Shown here one piece after another: positions 17,161-24,943 of a DNA stretch of 59,451 bases. Made by a program: the position numbers and the translations under genes. Every line of letters begins with the position of its first letter. Positions within the stretch are counted from its first letter, which is position 1. Origin of the DNA: a virus (lineage: Duplodnaviria; Caudoviricetes); IMG/VR virus record IMGVR_UViG_3300035670_000233, positions 1 to 59,451 of that record; one strand, 5' to 3'. The notes under the pieces were generated by a model that saw only the letters and a list, made by a program, of their open reading frames with translations, ran no database searches and had not been told where the DNA came from.

Positions 17161-19493
17161 CCTGCCCAGTCCTTTAGATGTGTGTTCCAAGTCATTGCCA
17201 ATAAAGGCACGAGTTTCTTATATTCTGAAATGAAATCGGTGACTACTTTCTTGGCATCGTCCACATAGGCCGGTAGTGTCGGTGCCATCACTTCGTCATG
17301 AATGTTCAACAACATAATTCGCCAATGATTAATCCCAGACGGCTGCAACTCCCACAATCTGCGTTGCAGCTTTTTCGTTAGCTGGGCACCTGTGCCTTGA
17401 ATCACATGATTACCCGCTGCTCGCATGTTTGCTGCTTGGAGTGCAAAAGCCGAAGCGTACAAGGCAGATTGTACGGCTCCGGCCACAGATTGTTCTCGAT
17501 CCCTACGCTTAACACGAATCTTGATTGATTTCCACTCGGGAGGCGGTTTGTTGGCTAAATCATACAGAAACTTACAAACCATGTTCTCTAGCGTGAAGTA
17601 GCGCCTAAAGCCAAGCATTGTCTCGATATAATCCTTGGGATCAGCCCACTCGACCTGAGTACCAATTCCGTTGGGTTGGCGCATGGAACAGAACATATCG
17701 AAGTATCGTTGGCGCTCTTTTGCAAAGGTAGTGTATGTGGACAAAAATCTATTCATTGCTTGCAGAGCAACGTCGGGAGGAATACCCACGCGCGTATGCA
17801 GTGTGTGTTCGTTCCCCATATAGATTAATGCGAACACACCATTCTTGCTACGCTTATACTTGTCCTTCTCGCCGCCAAGGCCGTTAGTGGCGCATACTTC
17901 ATCGTAGGTCATTGGCGGGAATAAGAATGTGCCAAGAATCCCATGGATCTTTTTGCCACTGAGAAGTTCCTCACGCAACTTAGGATCACTATAGACGGCA
18001 TCTACGATGTTTACCTCGAAGCTGTCAAAGTCCCCGCCATTTAAGATCATCCCATCTGGTGCCAAGGGAAACTGCTTTCTGATTCTTTTTTCTTTATTAA
18101 TTCCTTGCGCGTTCAGCCCGCCACCACGACCCGACATGCGGCTTGATAGTGCGCCAATTACCTCAAAGCTGGCATGGAATCTCCCCGCCATAAGTAACTT
18201 GTCATAAAGCTGTACTTCCTTGTGAGCATGGCGGGCATCCAAAATCTCGCGGGCACGCTCGGCCGCGGGGTGTGGCTCCGTTGATTCTTTGATCCCGTCC
18301 TCACAGTTAATGCAGCCCTGTCCCTCACAATCTGGACATACTGTGGATTTAGTCCAACGAGAGATTTCTTCTAGCAAAAGTGCTTTAGTCGACACTTTAC
18401 CATCGACCATTAACGCTAACTTCTCATCACCCATCACTTCTGACAGATACCGATAACAAATTTCAGAGGAATTGAAGTTAAAGCGATCCTTCAATTCCTT
18501 TACCTTCGCCAGAGCCTCGCGGCGCAACTCAATAATCCCAGGGATATTGATCTTGAGGCCACGCCACCTAACGGCGGCAACCATGCAGGCTAGGATACTG
18601 TCGTCGTCGTCTACTTCTGGACGCCCGAAATGCTCGTATAACTCGCGTAAGTAGATAACGTCATTGGCTGCATACTTCCTAGCCAAAGGATTAAATCTCC
18701 AATAAGAAATATGGCTATGAATAACCTCCGGCCAAGTGCCGCGCCAGTTGCCTGGGCCAGTACGGACATATTTACGATTCTTTCCGATGAAGCATCCAGC
18801 CGTAGCGAACGGGGCGTAGCCGTATTCAACTGGCTTTAACTGTTCTGGCAAAGCCACGTCCTCGAAGGTAGTGATGTCAAGATCAGGATGAAGGGCATCC
18901 TTAACTAGAGCCTTGAGGCTGGTGGATGGAGCAAACTGTAAAACGACATCCTTGAAATCAGCATTAATGTCGCCTAATCCAGTTACAATATCGCGCACCT
19001 TCCATCTTGTAGAATTCTTTCTCTTGGAAAAATTAATGTCTCGAAACTTGATTGTAGAATCAAGGAGTGCAGCCAATTTATAGGCCAACACCGAGGGTAC
19101 GCGCTTGATAACGATGTCATCACGGTCCATCGTCGATTGATATGGACCCTTGCGTGCGTGCAACATGAGATCCAAAGCGTGCGTGGGCTTCAGACAGTAG
19201 CCATCGCGGGCTTTTGATTCTACAGAGGCCACTTCTTCTGGATCTGGCAGGGCGTCCTTATCTTCCAGAAGGCTGAAGGTGGTGTATAGTTTGCAGATAT
19301 GGAACCAATCAAATGCCAGATTGAAGGCGACCACACCACCTTCATCGAGGCAAATTGATTCTATCAGTTCAAGGGTATCCTTAACAGGACGTTCCCACGG
19401 GCAGAACAATTCCACTTCGGAATCGTCCTTGGCCCACTGAATCAGAATCGCAGGACCATGGAACCCACAGGTCTCTGTATCCAAGTATATCAT
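17157..19493 (-). CDS. family A DNA polymerase with 3'-5' exonuclease
   Basis: Exo I YLDTET, Exo II FNLAFD, Exo III YAAND; motif A DFDSFE, motif B RSKNGVFALIY, IQGTGA, motif C IHDE. Confidence 0.9.
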   Translation of the reverse strand: MIYLDTETCGFHGPAILIQWAKDDSEVELFCPWERPVKDTLELIESICLDEGGVVAFNLAFDWFHICKLYTTFSLLEDKDALPDPEEVASVESKARDGYCLKPTHALDLMLHARKGPYQSTMDRDDIVIKRVPSVLAYKLAALLDSTIKFRDINFSKRKNSTRWKVRDIVTGLGDINADFKDVVLQFAPSTSLKALVKDALHPDLDITTFEDVALPEQLKPVEYGYAPFATAGCFIGKNRKYVRTGPGNWRGTWPEVIHSHISYWRFNPLARKYAANDVIYLRELYEHFGRPEVDDDDSILACMVAAVRWRGLKINIPGIIELRREALAKVKELKDRFNFNSSEICYRYLSEVMGDEKLALMVDGKVSTKALLLEEISRWTKSTVCPDCEGQGCINCEDGIKESTEPHPAAERAREILDARHAHKEVQLYDKLLMAGRFHASFEVIGALSSRMSGRGGGLNAQGINKEKRIRKQFPLAPDGMILNGGDFDSFEVNIVDAVYSDPKLREELLSGKKIHGILGTFLFPPMTYDEVCATNGLGGEKDKYKRSKNGVFALIYMGNEHTLHTRVGIPPDVALQAMNRFLSTYTTFAKERQRYFDMFCSMRQPNGIGTQVEWADPKDYIETMLGFRRYFTLENMVCKFLYDLANKPPPEWKSIKIRVKRRDREQSVAGAVQSALYASAFALQAANMRAAGNHVIQGTGAQLTKKLQRRLWELQPSGINHWRIMLLNIHDEVMAPTLPAYVDDAKKVVTDFISEYKKLVPLLAMTWNTHLKDWAG

Positions 19494-19505
19494 ATAATTG
19501 ACTAT

Positions 19506-20345
19506 TTAGAAGGTTGTTTCTTCTTCGGGAATCAAACTCTCCATTTCCTTGTACTCCAATCCTTTAGAGTCGCACCTAGCCTTGATGTCATTTTCAAGTT
19601 CCTTAGTGCTGATTTCACCAGCCGCCCAAGCCAGGCAGCGAGTAGCGAAGCTATTGCCGAGATTATTCTGGATATGCGATTGCATTTCGAAAATCTCTGG
19701 CCGTTTACGGTGGCGCTTAGCATTGAGCCTAGTTTCCTTCGATTGGACTTGATGATCCTTGAGTCCACGTTGTTTTGCCGACTTCATTTCCCTAGCCTGC
19801 TCCAACGCCGCCTGTGGCCCACCGCGCCGCAAGGTCGTGTACAGCTCTCGGATGTTTGTTTGGTTAATCAACCCAGCCACAACGTCTGGATAGATGTCCT
19901 TGGGCAACGAAAGCAGCATGAATCGGATCTGCACCCACCCACGCGACTGTCCGATTAGGTTAGCCGTTTCCACTTCTCCGACGCCAAGATTACGCATACG
20001 CGCAATAGCTTTGGCTTCTTGTACGATATTGAGCTGTGCACGCAGAAGATTCTCTTTGAGATTCATCGACAGCGCGTCAACGTCAGACATTGGCGGCTGC
20101 ACTTCTGCCTTAATCTCTTCTTGTTCAAGGGACCGGCAGCAGAACATTCTACGGAATCCGGCAATCAGCTTATACTTCTTGCCCCATTTAGCCTGTTGCT
20201 CAGGAGTACATTCGCATACGATAATCGGTTGCAGCAAACCATGCTGTGCAATATCACGCTGCAGATCGATTACGTCGATAGGTGCAATAGCACCACGGCT
20301 GTTGAATTCTTCGTCGATATGGATGTCAGCTATTCGTATATTCAT
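19506..20345 (-). CDS. ParB/Spo0J-like protein 1
   Basis: IAQHGLLQPIIV...LIAGFRR...NLKENLLR.QLN...HTH (ETANLIGQSRGWVQ). Confidence 0.85.
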   Translation of the reverse strand: MNIRIADIHIDEEFNSRGAIAPIDVIDLQRDIAQHGLLQPIIVCECTPEQQAKWGKKYKLIAGFRRMFCCRSLEQEEIKAEVQPPMSDVDALSMNLKENLLRAQLNIVQEAKAIARMRNLGVGEVETANLIGQSRGWVQIRFMLLSLPKDIYPDVVAGLINQTNIRELYTTLRRGGPQAALEQAREMKSAKQRGLKDHQVQSKETRLNAKRHRKRPEIFEMQSHIQNNLGNSFATRCLAWAAGEISTKELENDIKARCDSKGLEYKEMESLIPEEETTF

Positions 20346-22242
20346 CTAACTCTCCCATTGTTATGTCTTGCAACCGACGCTTCTTCTTCAGATTTTCCAG
20401 AATCAGTTTGTCTACCGGAAGATGCAAATAATCCTTAATTGTGCAGCCGCGATTATGATCAGCCCCAGGTCTGTGGAAGCGATCCTCAGCCTGCATACGA
20501 GCCTCACCCTTGAAGGTGTTGCTGTAGAACACTTCGGTGGGGCTGCCAGTTAGATTAAGGGCCATACCACCAGCTTCGGGGCTGCCTATAAAGCACAACC
20601 TAGGAATCTGCTGGCGGAGATACTCGAAGTCGGGATGTGATGCATCAAATGCATTTAGGGCTAGCCTAATTTCAAAGGGCTTATTGTCATATGTTGATGC
20701 GAAGAATCCACGACCATCCACCCTAAGGACTGCCCAGCCCTGTTGTTTGGCTAGACGCTCCAGTTTGTCTATTGTGCCAGTAAATCCTCCCCACACCACA
20801 AGGCGACCAAGATCGTCGTGAGCATCAAGTTCGTCGATGAAGTATTGATCCTTCGGGGAACTATCACTCTCGACCACTACTCGGGTAAATACTGGAACTT
20901 CCTTAGCTCCACCGCACTTATGGCAGGTAATCTCTTTCTTTACGTACTCTACCTGTTCGGTGTTTGGAGCCTGTGGATCGAAATCTTCCGGAGGAACTAG
21001 ATCGATTATTGTGCCCTCTCCCTTACAGAGATCGCACGTCTCTACTCCGGTTTTCTGTGGCTGATACTGAAATCCATCCGACAATTCGCGCAGCAAGGTG
21101 AGGGCTTGAATTGCCGTTGCACACTGTTCCTTGATTAACTTAGCCGTCCGAAGAATCTCAACAGTGGGCTTAATCTGAATAATCTCGTAGCGTTTCTCAG
21201 GCAGGTCCAGGCAATCCTTCTTGAAGCGTACGAGCGTAAGTCCCTTCATTCGACGATACAGCTTTGCCACTTCATTTACAGACTTTTGGTAGTCATGATA
21301 ATTCTCACCAGCTAACACATGATTAATATGGTCCTTCGGTTGCCCGCACACAGAACACTTGGTTTCATCGTCCAACCAAGTCACTATTTGTGCATACACA
21401 CCACCAGCCGGAGATTCTTTTTCTTCAACCACAGACAATCTGCGTCGAAACTTGGGTAAATTTCCTTCTTTCAAATACCCAGGTCTAGCAATCTCACACT
21501 GAGACCACCAGTCAGCGGGGGACTTAGGTGCTGGTGTACCAGACATAAGGACGATTCTTGAGTTATCTCCCCATGTATCACGTACTAAATTGGCGAGTCG
21601 CAGGCACGCTTCTGTGCGTTGGGCGGTTGGATTCTTCACCTTGCTGCTCTCGTCGAAAGCAACCATTCTAGGAATCTCGATGTCCTTGCCAACCAGGTCG
21701 ATGATGCTGGTAAGTTTTTCGTAGGTTAGATGCCTAGCTGGGAATACTTTAGCCTTCCATTTCTCGAAGTCTCGCTGCACGGCATAGATACCTGAACGCG
21801 GACCAACGTACCACAGATGATCTTTGGTACCATTTAGGAAACGTTCCGCTGATTCAATAAGCATCAATGTCTTGCCGGTGCCCATTTCGCAGGCAAGAAT
21901 AGCAGAAGGACGGCTCAGAACGTGGGCCACGCCTTCGCGCTGATGATTATACAGCGGACGCTCGAAAATAAGTTCGGGCAACTCAGCTTCGTATGGAGCG
22001 TAGGGATTTCTTCCCTGCAAGAACTCAAGCTGGAACTGATTACGGCAAGAGTTTACAATGGACCACATCTTTACTGGAGGATCTTCGAATCCGTGCCACT
22101 TGGCTTGTTCCATTGCTTTAACGAATCCGAGAATCACCTTATTGTACTTGAACTCCAGCCAAATACGATGGCCACGATAGTGGAGTTTGACCGGACGCTT
22201 GTATCCATCAACTGTAAAGAAAGTTTCTACCGTAGTGTCCAT
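20326..22242 (-). CDS. SNF2-like superfamily 2 helicase
   Basis: LYNHQ, CEMGTGKT, FDESS, MSGTP, GGMALNLT, QAEDRFHRPG. Confidence 0.9.
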   Translation of the reverse strand: MDTTVETFFTVDGYKRPVKLHYRGHRIWLEFKYNKVILGFVKAMEQAKWHGFEDPPVKMWSIVNSCRNQFQLEFLQGRNPYAPYEAELPELIFERPLYNHQREGVAHVLSRPSAILACEMGTGKTLMLIESAERFLNGTKDHLWYVGPRSGIYAVQRDFEKWKAKVFPARHLTYEKLTSIIDLVGKDIEIPRMVAFDESSKVKNPTAQRTEACLRLANLVRDTWGDNSRIVLMSGTPAPKSPADWWSQCEIARPGYLKEGNLPKFRRRLSVVEEKESPAGGVYAQIVTWLDDETKCSVCGQPKDHINHVLAGENYHDYQKSVNEVAKLYRRMKGLTLVRFKKDCLDLPEKRYEIIQIKPTVEILRTAKLIKEQCATAIQALTLLRELSDGFQYQPQKTGVETCDLCKGEGTIIDLVPPEDFDPQAPNTEQVEYVKKEITCHKCGGAKEVPVFTRVVVESDSSPKDQYFIDELDAHDDLGRLVVWGGFTGTIDKLERLAKQQGWAVLRVDGRGFFASTYDNKPFEIRLALNAFDASHPDFEYLRQQIPRLCFIGSPEAGGMALNLTGSPTEVFYSNTFKGEARMQAEDRFHRPGADHNRGCTIKDYLHLPVDKLILENLKKKRRLQDITMGELDEYTNS

Positions 22243-22703
22243 GTTCCATCCCTATACGTATATGTGTCATCGTTTAATCTTACTCTTTCAAGCCTTGATA
22301 GGAGGGTACCAAAGTCCTGAGATTCTAGGTACATGTACAGTTCCTGTGCGAATATCCGCATGGGTTTAGTCCACTGGTGCTTAAAGAATCTGAGTAAAGC
22401 ACCGAGAGAAAGACTGTAAAGAACTAAATAATCTTCGGTATCTTGTAGAGCACGAAACTCACGGTCGGCATCCTTAAATTGGCCCAGCTCCACACACAGG
22501 CGGCGATTAAGGATGAAAGAAATAGTTACGAAACTGTGCTCTGGATGAACACAGATTGCCCACGCTGCAGGGTTGGTGGTAGGAATAGCATTTCGATCAA
22601 GAATCCTAGTTGGATACTCGTCGAAATGATCCTTCATTAAAGCAGAATAGCCGCGCCAATTTGGTGCGGTCACTGCCATCAACTTGAACTTATAGTCTGG
22701 CAT
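22227..22703 (-). CDS. hypothetical protein
   Basis: 158-aa ORF overlapping the helicase start. Confidence 0.55.
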   Translation of the reverse strand: MPDYKFKLMAVTAPNWRGYSALMKDHFDEYPTRILDRNAIPTTNPAAWAICVHPEHSFVTISFILNRRLCVELGQFKDADREFRALQDTEDYLVLYSLSLGALLRFFKHQWTKPMRIFAQELYMYLESQDFGTLLSRLERVRLNDDTYTYRDGTWTLR

Positions 22704-22781
22704 GGAATAATCCCCACCGAAGGGGTGGACCTATCAGCTAGGGCTATAGTGACAGCCACCCACTTCGGCAGAGAAAGTCTG

Positions 22782-23507
22782 TTACATTTCGCGGGTCGGA
22801 GCGGCTTCGGCCTTCTCAGGCAACTCAGTCTTAGGCGGATTATTGAACTTCTGCAGCTCATCCGTCAGAGACGGTTCCTGCGGAAGTGCTTCCACAGGAG
22901 GAATGGTTGAACAATCAATCGCGTAGATCGAGTAGTACGGCTTATACTTCTTGCTCTCAATCTTCTTCGATGTGAGTGTCACCATCTTACCGATTCGGCT
23001 GACCGCAAAGCCAGCATCCCGACGCGCCGTCTTTGTTCCGTAGAACAGCGTGGCGTAGGTCTTCCGGCTTGGAATCCAAACCAGGAAATCAACGCCATAC
23101 ATGGCCCCAGGCATTTCCCCTTCCACCTTCGTATCTGCCTTGCGAACAATGGCCTCGAAGACGGGATCTGGAACCTTCTTACCATCCCTAATCACTGGCT
23201 GACCTTCGGCATCCAGCAACACAGGAGAGTAGCAGAACACCGGACTCCCGTTAGGATCATCAATGGCCAGCGGACGAACGCTCAGAAGCAGAACATCCAC
23301 GTTGGTCCCGAGGTCTTCCGTACTACCGCCGGTGACGAGTCCCCAGTGATTAATTGGGAAACTGCCATCCTTGCAGGAAGATGAAAACGCCGTGAATAAT
23401 TGCAGACGCGGAAGGAACGATCCTTGCAGAATCATTCCAAGAGAATCTTCACCAATACGTTCGAGAATGTTACCCTTGGGCAGATTAACCAATGCTTCGT
23501 TACTCAT
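22782..23507 (-). CDS. putative ssDNA-binding protein
   Basis: Position in replication block, FLPRLQL start, beta-rich core, acidic/Pro tail; function inferred from context. Confidence 0.45.
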   Translation of the reverse strand: MSNEALVNLPKGNILERIGEDSLGMILQGSFLPRLQLFTAFSSSCKDGSFPINHWGLVTGGSTEDLGTNVDVLLLSVRPLAIDDPNGSPVFCYSPVLLDAEGQPVIRDGKKVPDPVFEAIVRKADTKVEGEMPGAMYGVDFLVWIPSRKTYATLFYGTKTARRDAGFAVSRIGKMVTLTSKKIESKKYKPYYSIYAIDCSTIPPVEALPQEPSLTDELQKFNNPPKTELPEKAEAAPTREM

Positions 23508-23639
23508 GATTCTTACTCTTTTCCTTTTTCTTTACTCGTTTAGCGTATAATTCAGGGGGCGCTTTTTGTGTTTCCACAGCCAAGTCTGGTGGCCCACCCC
23601 CTGACTAACATCTAGCTCCCCGAGCTAGTCTTTACCTGA

Positions 23640-24611
23640 TTATTCCTCGTCTTCGAGGGCGGCCTTGGCTTCCTCAGCTTCCTGCTGAGCCTTGCGGGCC
23701 TTCTCAGCCTTCGCTTCGGCCTTCTTCTTAGCAGCCTCAACACGCTTCTGCTCGCGCTCAGCCTCGCGCTGATCAAACGCAGCCTTCTGAACCTCGACCG
23801 ACTTCGGATCAAGGTGCAGAACCCACTGCAGGGCGACCGTTGCAGCCGCCGCCGGATCGGTGATGCCACCAATCACGCCGCTGAGGTTGTTGATGTCCGC
23901 CGCCGCATCCTTAATCTCGCTCAGCTTACGCAGGTGAGCGACAGGCGCGAACGTGGGCGGTGCAGCATCCTTGCCTGCGCGCGAGGATTCACGAATCTCC
24001 TTCGCACGAGCCTGCACTGCCGGACCAAACTCCTCGAACTTGCTCGTCATGGCGCGCTCAACCCACTCAGGAATCTCCGACGCCGGAAGCTTCGTGAGTG
24101 CGAACGCGTTAGACAGAGGAATCTTGCCCTCGTTAATCAGCTCGGCAACCTTCGGGTTGTCGATCTTGTTCAGGCCGAGACGATTCTGGATGAACTGCGG
24201 GCTAGCACCCAGGCGATTCGCCAAATCCATCTCAGTCATCATCGGATTACGCGCAAGAATACGCCGAAGCTGCTTGGCGTACTCCATCGGCTTCGTGTCC
24301 ACCTTGTGGAAGTTGGCCATGATCTGCATTTCGAGCAGACGGTCCTGATCCAGAGGACGCACCTCAGCGTTAATCTCGTCGAGGCCCGCATCCTTGGCGG
24401 CAGAGTAGCGATGCAGACCGTCGATAATCTCGTAGTACGACTGATTGGTCTCAGGATCGGTCTGAGGCCGCACGGTAATCGCACCAAAGAATCCAACGGA
24501 GCGCATCGACGCAACAAGACCCTGAAACGCCTCGCTCTCACGGTTGACAGCGCGCAGCGCAACAGGGTTCTCACGAATATCCGACAGCTTGATCTTGATA
24601 ACTTCGCCCAT
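23640..24611 (-). CDS. ParB/Spo0J-like protein 2 with charged coiled-coil tail
   Basis: LVASMRSVGFFGAITVR...YEIIDGLHRY...HTH (DLANRLGASPQFIQNRL), E/K/A-rich C-terminus. Confidence 0.85.
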   Translation of the reverse strand: MGEVIKIKLSDIRENPVALRAVNRESEAFQGLVASMRSVGFFGAITVRPQTDPETNQSYYEIIDGLHRYSAAKDAGLDEINAEVRPLDQDRLLEMQIMANFHKVDTKPMEYAKQLRRILARNPMMTEMDLANRLGASPQFIQNRLGLNKIDNPKVAELINEGKIPLSNAFALTKLPASEIPEWVERAMTSKFEEFGPAVQARAKEIRESSRAGKDAAPPTFAPVAHLRKLSEIKDAAADINNLSGVIGGITDPAAAATVALQWVLHLDPKSVEVQKAAFDQREAEREQKRVEAAKKKAEAKAEKARKAQQEAEEAKAALEDEE

Positions 24612-24685
24612 GACTATTAATCCTTCTTCTACGTTGATTACTCTTGCTCGTCACCTATACGATTATTGTATCAGCACCCCCTTTC

Positions 24686-24919
24686 CAATAATCAAATCAC
24701 TGTCAGCGGTCCTACGTCCGCCTCACGACTATACACGCGGATATGGGTAAATTGTGACTTACTGACTTTGCCCTACTATACCTTATATACATTTTGACTA
24801 ACAACAAAATAAATACAATATAGTAGGTTATAGGGTCAAAAGTTAGTAATTCACAATTTACCCATATCGGCGTGTATAGTATTGGCAGCACTGATTTGAT
24901 TATTGTACTAATCAAATCA
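24686..24919. repeat. long imperfect inverted repeat in the divergent ParB2/primase intergenic region
   Basis: 30-bp arms 24728-24757 and 24851-24880 (1 mismatch), flanked by inverted CAATAATCAAATCA copies, AT-rich centre. Confidence 0.85.
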
Positions 24920-24943
24920 CAGTAAAGTTTTGAGGAAATAATC

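Noticed and set aside
23814-24620. 268-aa plus-strand ORF
   Set aside because: Antisense shadow of the codon-biased ParB2 gene; no recognisable motifs
24686-24919. Protelomerase telRL site of a linear phage-plasmid
   Set aside because: Arms are separated by an imperfect centre and no protelomerase or tyrosine recombinase gene was recognised
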